NCBI GenBank assembly: GCA_002862745.1
Contig: PKDX01000002.1
Location: 12,707 to 76,706, forward strand
Direction: 5' to 3'
DNA from: Bacteroidota bacterium
GTDB taxonomy: Bacteria > Bacteroidota > Bacteroidia > Chitinophagales > UBA8649
Length of the DNA stretch: 64,000 nt
Shown here: in pieces, positions 38,786-47,241 of the stretch
How the letters are laid out: each line of letters begins with the position of its first letter
Numbering within the stretch: position 1 is the first letter of the stretch
The notes under the pieces: generated by a model
Database searches by the model: none
What the model saw: only the letters and a program-made list of their open reading frames with translations
Told to the model about the DNA's origin: nothing
Translations under genes and position numbers: made by a program

Positions 38786-39082
38786 TTAATCTTCTAATCG
38801 ATAGCCGAGGGAACGAATAGAATGGATGGTTATGGAAGCGTCTTGCTTCAAATGATTTCTCAATCTATTGATGTATACATCCATACTTCGTCCAGCAAAG
38901 TAGTCCGTTTGGGACCAGATTTTTTGCAATACTGCCTCCCTTGTTACGATATCATTTTTGTGTTCCAGCAAGAACTCGAACAAAGCGGCTTCCCTTGGAG
39001 TAAGCTTGATCCCTTCTTTATCCTTGATAAACAAAGTTCGCTGCTCAATCACGTAAGTTGACTGACCTATTTGGAAAGACAT
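38786..39082 (-). CDS. Stand-alone OmpR/PhoB-type winged-helix DNA-binding domain
   Basis: LTPREAALFEFL, VTREAVLQKIW, RSMDVYINRLR, IRSLGYRL; no receiver domain, and upstream in-frame stops close the ORF. Confidence 0.85.
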   Translation of the reverse strand: MSFQIGQSTYVIEQRTLFIKDKEGIKLTPREAALFEFLLEHKNDIVTREAVLQKIWSQTDYFAGRSMDVYINRLRNHLKQDASITIHSIRSLGYRLED

Positions 39083-39243
39083 GATAAATACGTTTGAGGT
39101 AATTGCTTAGAATTTGAAGAATAAGAGATAGCAATTATTGCCTTCTGGTTATCCGAATAATCATATCCTTTTAAAACGGCAAGGATGATAATTATGGCTA
39201 GAACCCATAAAAAGATTAGAATAATAACCGCTCCTTGTTGCAT
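39067..39243 (-). CDS. Possible 58-aa single-TM protein overlapping the wHTH start
   Basis: MQQGAVIILIFLWVLAIIIILAVLKGYDYSDNQKAIIAISYSSNSKQLPQTYLSCLSK*; could be an AT-rich artefact. Confidence 0.35.
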   Translation of the reverse strand: MQQGAVIILIFLWVLAIIIILAVLKGYDYSDNQKAIIAISYSSNSKQLPQTYLSCLSK

Positions 39244-39275
39244 ATTCGCACCGTTTGAACGAAATTAGAAGGGTT

Positions 39276-39947
39276 ATGAAAAGCGACAACTACCAAATAC
39301 TAAATATTCACAACAGTGCACTCAATGAATGTTTAGCTGAAATCAGGGATAAAGCCATTCAAACAAATCGGCCAAGATTTAGAGAAAATCTCAGACAAAG
39401 CGGTATCTATTGCGGATACGAACTAAGTAAATGCATGGCGTATGAAAGTCAACAGGTACAAACAGTGCTTGGAAATGCCGAAGTTAACCTACTGAATGAA
39501 CAACCCGTTTTAATTCCCATTTTGCGTGCAGCACTTCCCTTTTACGAGGGGTTACAGTCGGTCTTCCCTCATGCAGAAAGTGGTTTTATTGGTGCCATGC
39601 GTAAGACGACTAGTGCCACTACATTTGACATTGCCTTAGACTATCATGCCCTTCCCAATCTAAATGAACGAGAAGTTATCTTAATTGACCCCATGTTAGC
39701 AACTGGGAAATCCATCGTAAAAACGGCACAGGTGTTAATCAAAATGTATCCAGCCATCAAAAGATTTTACATCGTAGCACTGATTTCATCGAAAGAGGGC
39801 CTTCAATATGTTAAAAGTAATTTAACCCATGAGCATCAGATTCTATCTGCGGCATTGGACGGTGAGTTAAATGCCAAGAGTTACATTGTACCAGGACTTG
39901 GTGATGCAGGAGATTTAGCCTTTGGAGAAAAGCAAGACTTGACTTAA
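39276..39947 (+). CDS. upp: Uracil phosphoribosyltransferase
   Basis: FRENL, YELSK, IPILRAA, IDPMLATGKS, YIVPGLGDAGDLAFG. Confidence 0.92.
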   Translation: MKSDNYQILNIHNSALNECLAEIRDKAIQTNRPRFRENLRQSGIYCGYELSKCMAYESQQVQTVLGNAEVNLLNEQPVLIPILRAALPFYEGLQSVFPHAESGFIGAMRKTTSATTFDIALDYHALPNLNEREVILIDPMLATGKSIVKTAQVLIKMYPAIKRFYIVALISSKEGLQYVKSNLTHEHQILSAALDGELNAKSYIVPGLGDAGDLAFGEKQDLT

Positions 39948-39975
39948 CTTAAGAGGAACACTTAATAATTCCAGA

Positions 39976-41340
39976 ATGAAAACCCATCTCTTGCTAATCC
40001 TTCTTGTTCCTGCAGTCTTCACATCATGCACAAATGAGAAAAACAATAGTACTCACAAAACACAAAGTGTAGCTTCACATGCTCAATCATCAGAGGATAA
40101 AGAGATAACATATCGCCAAGATATATCGTACCAAATGCGAGAGATTGATGATAAAAGCGGTCTTCGTGAGCGACGGAATCTACCAATACAGGAGTTAAGC
40201 GCCTTAGATTCTTTAGATGTGAAGCAGCTACAAATAGCCCTTTATAATGCCAAGGAGGGCGATACGATCTTTTTAGAGAGCGGTGTATATCATCTTGCAA
40301 ACGAACTAATTATTAGCGAGGTAAACGGTGTAACGCTTCAAGGGAAGGGAATGGGAAAAACCATTATAAACTTTGCTGACCAACAGGCTGGAGGGCAAGG
40401 TATCAATGTGAACAAAGCAAACAACATTACGCTGTGCGATTTTTCAGTATACGATGCGCACGGAGATGGCATCAAAACCAAGGGATGTAATAACATGATT
40501 ATGTGCAACCTCGAAGTGCTTTGGACCAAAGGACCCCATCCTACAAATGGAGGCTATGGTCTTTATCCTGTTGAGAGTCAAGGAATTCTTGTGGAGCAAT
40601 GTATGGTAGCAGGCGCATCGGATGCTGGCATTTATGTCGGGCAATCATTGGACGTGGTCGTAAAAAATTGCTACGTCTACCATAATGTTGCGGGTATAGA
40701 AATTGAAAACTGCACCCGCTCCTTAGTGTATGATAATGTTGCAGAAGATAACACAGGAGGCATCCTGGTGTTCAACCTACCCGATCTTCCTGTGAATCCT
40801 GATGGGCAGTTCTGTCAGGTCTATGACAACATTGTAGTACATAACAACCACCTCAATTTTGCTCCGGAAGGCAATATGGTGGCCATCGTAGCTCCTGGCT
40901 CTGGCATTGTTCTTTTAGCCGCTAAATCCTGCGAGGTATTTAACAATGAAATCAGAGATAACAAAACCATGGGTGTCGCAGTAGCAAGCTACTTCGTACA
41001 TAATTCAAATCAAAAATCAACCGACCAGTTCAGTCCTTATTCATCAAATATCAGCATACGCAATAATGAGTATTCATGTGATCCTTCCTTTTATGCGGAT
41101 AACTCGACTCCTTTTGGGTTACTTGTGTTAACCAGTGGAAATGGTGGAAAAGGTTTCGACTTGCTATCCGATGGCGTCTTTTCTGAGGACGGCTTGTTTT
41201 GTGTGCAAGAGGATTCAAGTGATTTCTCCTTCATGATGTTGAATAATGGTGACTTTGATAGTCCATTAACCCGAGATGCCGGACCGCTCGGGAATTGTCA
41301 AAAAATGAGTTTTCCCGAAGTCTACCAAGTCGATCGATAA
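39976..41340 (+). CDS. Parallel beta-helix lipoprotein (TIGR03805-like)
   Basis: Lipobox FTSC; NGGYGLYPVES, GASDAGIYVGQS, NVAGIEIEN, NTGGILVFNLPDLP. Confidence 0.85.
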   Translation: MKTHLLLILLVPAVFTSCTNEKNNSTHKTQSVASHAQSSEDKEITYRQDISYQMREIDDKSGLRERRNLPIQELSALDSLDVKQLQIALYNAKEGDTIFLESGVYHLANELIISEVNGVTLQGKGMGKTIINFADQQAGGQGINVNKANNITLCDFSVYDAHGDGIKTKGCNNMIMCNLEVLWTKGPHPTNGGYGLYPVESQGILVEQCMVAGASDAGIYVGQSLDVVVKNCYVYHNVAGIEIENCTRSLVYDNVAEDNTGGILVFNLPDLPVNPDGQFCQVYDNIVVHNNHLNFAPEGNMVAIVAPGSGIVLLAAKSCEVFNNEIRDNKTMGVAVASYFVHNSNQKSTDQFSPYSSNISIRNNEYSCDPSFYADNSTPFGLLVLTSGNGGKGFDLLSDGVFSEDGLFCVQEDSSDFSFMMLNNGDFDSPLTRDAGPLGNCQKMSFPEVYQVDR

Positions 41341-41372
41341 TAAGTCATTCCACTTCAACGTATTACAGCTAA

Positions 41373-42566
41373 ATGCTTACTACAAAACATTACTTCACTT
41401 GTATTCTAATCGTCATTACACTTGGGCTTATGACATGCAACAAGGGAAATGTTGATGAGAATCATCGTTCGCATAAGAATCAGGAGGCTGAAGCGTCTTC
41501 TGCAATACTCAAAAGCCATATTGAGTTTTTAGGGATTAATCCTGCCGATTTTGAAAGCAATACCATTGTCTTGCCACAAGGTGATTCTCCTTTTCCCACA
41601 CTCAGTGATTATGGATTCTTTAAAGGTCCTGTACAATATTTGATTCCAAGCGATGGGGTGCTACCCTATACATTAAATTCCGAACTATTCTCTGACTATG
41701 CCTATAAAGCACGGTTTGTTTGGATGCCTCAAGGAAGTGCTGCCAAATATCGAAAGGATGAAGTCCTAGATTTCCCCTTGGGCACCGTCTTAATCAAGAA
41801 CTTTTACTATCCTGCAGATATGAGAAATCCCCATGGGGAAAGACGCTTAATCGAGACGAGACTCCTTGTAAACACCCAGTCAGGGTGGAAAAACTATCCA
41901 TATCTATGGAATGAAGATCAAACCGAGGCAGAATACCATCCGTTTGGCGAGTTTACCAAGGTTTCTTGGATTGATGTCAAAGGGGAAGGACAGCATGTAA
42001 ACTATATGCAACCGCAACAAGGTCAGTGCAAGTCATGTCATATCGTTGATGATAACGTAATGCCTATCGGCCCGAAGGTTCGCAACCTCAATGGACTCTT
42101 TGACTACGGAGAGGAGGGCAAGCACAATCAACTTGTCTATTGGCAGCAAATGGGGTATCTCGAAGGATTTAATCCCGATGAGATCCAACCCCGGAATGCG
42201 GTTTGGAATGATTTATCCGAAGACCTCGATGAACGAGCAAGAGCCTACCTTGATATAAACTGCGGCCACTGTCATAACCCTAAGGGGCCAGGGAATACTA
42301 CTGGATTTTATCTCGATGCACTAACCATCGATCCCAAAGAATTAGGTGTTTGTAAAGTCCCTGTTGCAGCAGGAAGAGGTAGCGGTAATCTTAGTTATGA
42401 CATTGTTCCAGGATCTCCTGAAAAATCGATCATACATTATCGCATGGCCTCAGATGAAATTGATATTATGATGCCTGAAATCGGACGATCAATAATCCAC
42501 TATGAAGGATTGGATTTGATTGCCTCTTGGATAGCCTCTATGGAGGAGGGATCTTGTAATGAGTAG
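41373..42566 (+). CDS. SO2930-family diheme c-type cytochrome lipoprotein (TIGR03806-like)
   Basis: PYTLNSELFSDYAYKARF, GTVLIKNFYYP, CKSCH (42027-42041), CGHCH (42261-42275), IVPGSPEKSI, MMPEIGRS. Confidence 0.85.
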   Translation: MLTTKHYFTCILIVITLGLMTCNKGNVDENHRSHKNQEAEASSAILKSHIEFLGINPADFESNTIVLPQGDSPFPTLSDYGFFKGPVQYLIPSDGVLPYTLNSELFSDYAYKARFVWMPQGSAAKYRKDEVLDFPLGTVLIKNFYYPADMRNPHGERRLIETRLLVNTQSGWKNYPYLWNEDQTEAEYHPFGEFTKVSWIDVKGEGQHVNYMQPQQGQCKSCHIVDDNVMPIGPKVRNLNGLFDYGEEGKHNQLVYWQQMGYLEGFNPDEIQPRNAVWNDLSEDLDERARAYLDINCGHCHNPKGPGNTTGFYLDALTIDPKELGVCKVPVAAGRGSGNLSYDIVPGSPEKSIIHYRMASDEIDIMMPEIGRSIIHYEGLDLIASWIASMEEGSCNE

Positions 42567-44881
42567 TCTGTAGACGATTTGGGAAACGCGCAGTGAATGG
42601 TCATGCCTTCTTCGTGGACTGAGGTATACCATATTCGGCCTTGATGACGATCCATAATCCGCTTGCAGATAGAAAGCCCAATCCCTTGGCCTTGATAGCT
42701 CTTATCGCTATGTAGTCGCTGGAATACGCCAAAGATATCTTTGTTTGAGTCCTCTGGGATACCAATACCATTATCCTTTACGTGAATTATAATTTCATCA
42801 GTCGTTACCTCGCCGTATACGTGAACCTCTGAATCCTCCTTTTTACCTGAGAACTTAATCGCATTACCGATGATATTTTGTAAAAGCTGACGAATCATGG
42901 TGTTATCTCCGGTCACAACGGGTAGGGTGTCAATGATAAGATTGGTTTCGTTGCGTTCAATCGACATAGTCAGATCCGATTGGACAGCACGCACAACATC
43001 ATTAAGGTTAATCTCAGTCAAGACCAGCTCATTTTTACTTGTATTGGAATATTGCAATAAACTATCAATCAAATCATACATACGTTTATTGCCTTCCCTA
43101 ATCATTTTCACATAGCGCTTACCAGGATGAGAATCCTCTAAACTCGCTTCGAGTACCTGGGAGAGGCCAGCAACGGTTCGTACGGGTTCTTTTAAGTCAT
43201 GAGAAATGATATAAGCGTATTGCTCAAGCTCTTGATTACGTTCCACAAAATCCTGCAATGTATCTCTCTGCTTGGATAAGGCTACAACCTTTTCATCCAA
43301 TGCAAGTTTCAATTGTTGGCGCTCAGTAACATTTTGAACCACTGCGAGGAAGGTATCCTCATTGATATAGGAAATCCTGCAGAATAAATAGAATGTTTCC
43401 CCATCAATATCTCTGGACATGGTCCATTCTGAAACATTCTTTGATTCTTTGCATTGCGTAATACCATCAAGAATTAAGGCTACATTCTCTTCAGTATGTA
43501 TTTCACGTATGTTTTTACCCAAAACATCCATATTGGGAACGTATCCATCTTCATATTTTCTTTCCCGAATATCTAAGTAGTCTCCATTGGCATTAACCAT
43601 AAGAACAACGTCAGGGATTGCACTTATGATTGCGCGGTTATAAGATTCAGCTTTGTTAATATTATCAATGTATTCTTTATCATTTGTGATCACTTTAGAA
43701 ACCACAAAAATTGTATCCACTTCACCATCATAACCACGAGAAAATACACGAAAACGGGAACGCAGCCATTGAGATTGGCCATGTTTGTCAATGCATCTTA
43801 CCTCATTTTCTAAATAAGCATCATCTTCTAAAGTTTGCAAAGACTTTATTCCTTCTCTTGCTATTGTTCGATTATCATCATCAAAATAAATAGCCATATC
43901 GCCAATGTTATATTCATTTTCAGTGTAGCCCATGAATGTTCGATCTGAAAAGTTAGAATACATTATTTGCCGTGACTTCAAGTTCCACACATAGATGTAA
44001 TCAGGAATGGTCTGAGAAATTTTCTCAATAAACTCCCCATGTACTTGGTTTTCAAAATGCGCATATCGTTGATTAGTAATATCACGCATGGTACAAATGC
44101 AGGTTACCAAGCCCTCCTTGTCGCGGTTCATAATACTCGTTCGCTCATGAAACCATCGGTAACTGCCATCCTTACATTGAATTTGGTATTCTGCATCAAT
44201 GAATTCTCCCTTCTTACCATATTGAAGGAAATCCGTGTCATTTTCCCAATCACCTTGAATAGAATCTACCTGAATTCGATTGGACAGAAACTGCATTTCT
44301 GACACATCATCAATATCCTCTCTATCGTATCCAAGATGATTCAGAAAAGAGCGGTTTTCATAGACTATACGCTGTTGGCGCATATCAAAAACATAGAGAA
44401 AATCCGTCATAGTAGACAAGAGATTTCCAATAACCTCCTGCTCGACGGTAGACCTAGTGTTTGTTCCGACATCTTCACTTATCGAAACCATAACCATTAT
44501 TCCTTCTGGAAGACCAAATTCATCTTTGTACAAGGAAAGACTAAGTGTTGAGTCGATGACTACCTGCTGTTCAGACTTTATGTGCCGAGTGAAATGAAAA
44601 CGCTTTTTACTTCCTTGACGCAGCTCTCCTATGGCTTCCTTGAGTACATACAGATCATCCCGAAGCACAAAATGTCTAAGCGGACGTCCTTCAATACCTT
44701 CTTTTGATGCCCCGATAATGTCGCAAAAGGCCTCGTTTACATTGTAGATTATAAAGTCAAATCCAAGAATAAATGCAGGGAAGTCATGAATGCTCAATGC
44801 GACATCACGACGACTATCTCTCAATGGGCGAAAGGCCCTTAATATGGAGCTTTTTTGCTGCATTTTATGGTATCTAAGCAC
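42500..44881 (-). CDS. Soluble multi-PAS sensor histidine kinase
   Basis: About four PAS/PAC-like units; H-box SHDLKEP, N-box NIIGNAIKF, DNGIGI, GQGIGLSIC; no TM segment seen; start uncertain. Confidence 0.88.
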   Translation of the reverse strand: MLRYHKMQQKSSILRAFRPLRDSRRDVALSIHDFPAFILGFDFIIYNVNEAFCDIIGASKEGIEGRPLRHFVLRDDLYVLKEAIGELRQGSKKRFHFTRHIKSEQQVVIDSTLSLSLYKDEFGLPEGIMVMVSISEDVGTNTRSTVEQEVIGNLLSTMTDFLYVFDMRQQRIVYENRSFLNHLGYDREDIDDVSEMQFLSNRIQVDSIQGDWENDTDFLQYGKKGEFIDAEYQIQCKDGSYRWFHERTSIMNRDKEGLVTCICTMRDITNQRYAHFENQVHGEFIEKISQTIPDYIYVWNLKSRQIMYSNFSDRTFMGYTENEYNIGDMAIYFDDDNRTIAREGIKSLQTLEDDAYLENEVRCIDKHGQSQWLRSRFRVFSRGYDGEVDTIFVVSKVITNDKEYIDNINKAESYNRAIISAIPDVVLMVNANGDYLDIRERKYEDGYVPNMDVLGKNIREIHTEENVALILDGITQCKESKNVSEWTMSRDIDGETFYLFCRISYINEDTFLAVVQNVTERQQLKLALDEKVVALSKQRDTLQDFVERNQELEQYAYIISHDLKEPVRTVAGLSQVLEASLEDSHPGKRYVKMIREGNKRMYDLIDSLLQYSNTSKNELVLTEINLNDVVRAVQSDLTMSIERNETNLIIDTLPVVTGDNTMIRQLLQNIIGNAIKFSGKKEDSEVHVYGEVTTDEIIIHVKDNGIGIPEDSNKDIFGVFQRLHSDKSYQGQGIGLSICKRIMDRHQGRIWYTSVHEEGMTIHCAFPKSSTDYSLQDPSSIEAIQEAIKSNPS

Positions 44882-44957
44882 CTAACGTGCTGAAAATCTT
44901 CGAACTATATATACGAAGACCTTAGGAAGATGTTACGTGGATAACTTCTTAAATTCC

Positions 44958-46736
44958 TTATGAGGAATATATGGAGGCGATAAGATCGGTACTCTGTTCC
45001 ATAACAACCTTACGCTTAACTTTCTTAGTAGGTGTTAAGCAACCGCTTTCCTCCGTCCACTCTTCGGCCAATAAGCGGAAGGCTTTAATCTGCTCAATCT
45101 TAGAAAAATAGGTATTTAACTCCTTGATGTCAGCTTGAATCAAGGCATCGACCGCAGGATGACTAACAAGTCCCTGCGGGGAAGTATCTGATATACCTTC
45201 TTCATTTTCTGCCCACGCTTGAAGCGCAGCAAATGATGGAACAATTAGCGCAGAAACAAATTTTTCATTTTCACCGAGAACCATGATTTGCTCAATGAAC
45301 CGACTCTCTTTCATTTTTTCTTCAATTACCTGTGGTGCAACGTACTTACCTCCTGAGGTTTTAAAAAGATCTTTAATGCGATCGGTGATTTTCAAGAACT
45401 TACCATCGATAATGGTTCCTACATCACCTGTATGCAACCATCCATCGACAACCGTCTTTGCGGTCTCTTCCGGCTTTTTATAGTAGCCCAGCATAATATT
45501 AGGTCCTTTGGCTAAAATCTCCCCGGTACCCTCGGGATGACCTTCGGTGGGAGCAATTTTAAACTCTACCCCGGGTATCCCGACACCTACTGTACCAAAC
45601 TTAAACATCCCGTCATCAAAACGATTTACTGTTATGACAGGGCTTGATTCTGTCTGACCATATCCTTCACGAATAGGAATTCCTGCCGCAGAAAACACCC
45701 GCGCCAATCGTTCTTGGCAAGCACTCGCGCCGGTAACAATACCAAGCACGTTTCCCCCTAGGGCTTCGCGCCACTTGGAGTAAATCAATTTATCGGCAAT
45801 TTTGGTTTTAAGGGTTGGCTTCTGACCTTCCTTGTAGCTCTGAGCTAAATCGACTGCCCAGAAGAATAGGCGCTTTTTTAAGCCCGTCAAATCCATTCCT
45901 TTACCCATGATTTTGTCATAGACTTTTTCCAATAGACGGGGAACAGAAGAAAAGAAATGAGGCTTGACCTCTTTCAAATTGTCCGCAATAGTCTCCATGC
46001 TTTCCGCATAATAGACACCTACACCGACGCCCACATAAGTGTAGGTTACCGTACGCTCAAAAATGTGGCATAAAGGAAGAAAACTCAATGAGCGATACTC
46101 CTTGTAGAGTGGCAAAACTTCCATAACCGCCTTAACTTGACTTATAATATTGTTATGGGACAGCATCACACCTTTGGGCAATCCAGTAGTTCCTGATGTG
46201 TAAATAATCGTTGCTAAGTCATTAGGCTGGATTTTATCTGCAATAGCCTTGACGTCTTCGTGACTGCCTGAAGCTTCCCTTGCTAAAAAAGCCGTCCAAT
46301 GTTCGCATCCATTGACATTTTCCTCAAAGGCAAAGACTTCTTGAAGATTAGGACAACGATCTTTAATGGCTAGAATCTTATCACACAAACCTTGGTCGGC
46401 AACAAAGGCTATTTTGATTTCTGCTTCGTTAAAAATATGCTCATACTCACGTTCTGAAATCGTAGGATAAATAGGCACATTGATTATGCCCACTTGCAAC
46501 ATCCCATAGTCCATAAAATTCCACTCAGGGCGATTAGGAGAAATCAAGGCAACCTTATCATCGGGCTTAAGTCCTGAGGCCAATAGAGCACGACTGACCT
46601 TATCTCGAAAATCGATACAATCCTGCGAACTGTAATTCTTCCAAACCCCTCCATACTTATAATTCAATGCATCTTCTCTAGGATGAGATGCATTTTGATA
46701 ATCAAACAAATCAAATAGTCGTGTAAAGTCAGCCAT
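44958..46736 (-). CDS. fadD: Long-chain fatty-acid-CoA ligase
   Basis: IIYTSGTTGLPKG, EGYGQTESSP, WLHTGDVG, ITDRIKDLFKTSGGKYVAPQ. Confidence 0.9.
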   Translation of the reverse strand: MADFTRLFDLFDYQNASHPREDALNYKYGGVWKNYSSQDCIDFRDKVSRALLASGLKPDDKVALISPNRPEWNFMDYGMLQVGIINVPIYPTISEREYEHIFNEAEIKIAFVADQGLCDKILAIKDRCPNLQEVFAFEENVNGCEHWTAFLAREASGSHEDVKAIADKIQPNDLATIIYTSGTTGLPKGVMLSHNNIISQVKAVMEVLPLYKEYRSLSFLPLCHIFERTVTYTYVGVGVGVYYAESMETIADNLKEVKPHFFSSVPRLLEKVYDKIMGKGMDLTGLKKRLFFWAVDLAQSYKEGQKPTLKTKIADKLIYSKWREALGGNVLGIVTGASACQERLARVFSAAGIPIREGYGQTESSPVITVNRFDDGMFKFGTVGVGIPGVEFKIAPTEGHPEGTGEILAKGPNIMLGYYKKPEETAKTVVDGWLHTGDVGTIIDGKFLKITDRIKDLFKTSGGKYVAPQVIEEKMKESRFIEQIMVLGENEKFVSALIVPSFAALQAWAENEEGISDTSPQGLVSHPAVDALIQADIKELNTYFSKIEQIKAFRLLAEEWTEESGCLTPTKKVKRKVVMEQSTDLIASIYSS

Positions 46737-46797
46737 ATTTTTAATCTTTGTGATGTCTCAAAATAAGCATTGCATTGTTAATCATCAACTGAAAACC

Positions 46798-46980
46798 ATG
46801 AATAATTATCGTAAAGAGCTGTGGCTTCTTCTTTCGGCCTTCGGAATCATGTTCGCCGTACTATCGTGGATGCAAGAAAGCACCCTATTACCTGGTGCAG
46901 AGACAATGAAATATTGGAAAGGAATCCTTGCCACCATAACAGGCATTCCCTTGTACTTTTTTTGCAGGAAGTCACTTTAA
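46798..46980 (+). CDS. Small two-TM membrane protein (60 aa)
   Basis: MNNYRKELWLLLSAFGIMFAVLSWMQES...WKGILATITGIPLYFFCRKSL; A-rich start context and a downstream terminator. Confidence 0.65.
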   Translation: MNNYRKELWLLLSAFGIMFAVLSWMQESTLLPGAETMKYWKGILATITGIPLYFFCRKSL

Positions 46981-46990
46981 GATGAAGTAT

Positions 46991-47022
46991 AAAAAAAGCC
47001 ATCGCAATTGCGATGGCTTTTT
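46991..47022. terminator. Bidirectional intrinsic terminator between the small membrane gene and tRNA-Pro
   Basis: Perfect inverted repeat AAAAAGCCATCGC-AATT-GCGATGGCTTTTT. Confidence 0.9.
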
Positions 47023-47031
47023 ACTATCGTG

Positions 47032-47106
47032 TCGGGGTGGCAGGATTCGAACCTGCGACCCCCTGGTCCCAAACCAGGTGCGCTAACCGGACTGCGCCAC
47101 ACCCCG
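47032..47106 (-). tRNA. tRNA-Pro(UGG), CCA not encoded
   Basis: Minus strand CGGGGTGTGGCGCAGTCCGGTTAGCGCACCTGGTTTGGGACCAGGGGGTCGCAGGTTCGAATCCTGCCACCCCGA; anticodon arm CCTGG-TT-TGG-GA-CCAGG; T-loop GGTTCGAATCC. Confidence 0.97.
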
Positions 47107-47125
47107 AATTGATAAATTGGGACGG

Positions 47126-47133
47126 CAAAGATA
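47126..47133 (-). promoter_or_regulatory. -7 promoter element TATCTTTG of tRNA-Pro
   Basis: Exact TAnnTTTG about 19 nt upstream of the mature 5' end. Confidence 0.75.
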
Positions 47134-47241
47134 TACATTAAATCAATTAATCCATCGCAATATTGAAAGAGCGTAAGAAAAGCACCTTTTCTTGACTTGC
47201 TTGTTTTACCTTTATTGATGTTTAAGCGTTACAAAGCAACT

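Noticed and set aside
42500-44881. Calling the kinase PorY (partner of PorX)
   Set aside because: PorY is a membrane-anchored sensor; this protein is a soluble multi-PAS kinase
44936-44944. DnaA-box-like TTATCCACG on the minus strand
   Set aside because: It is a single mismatched box in a 76-bp spacer, with no cluster or AT-rich unwinding element
47032-47106. tRNA-Pro as an integration site for an island
   Set aside because: No integrase or transposase and no duplicated tRNA 3' end were noticed in the window; the flanks are ordinary genes and a terminator
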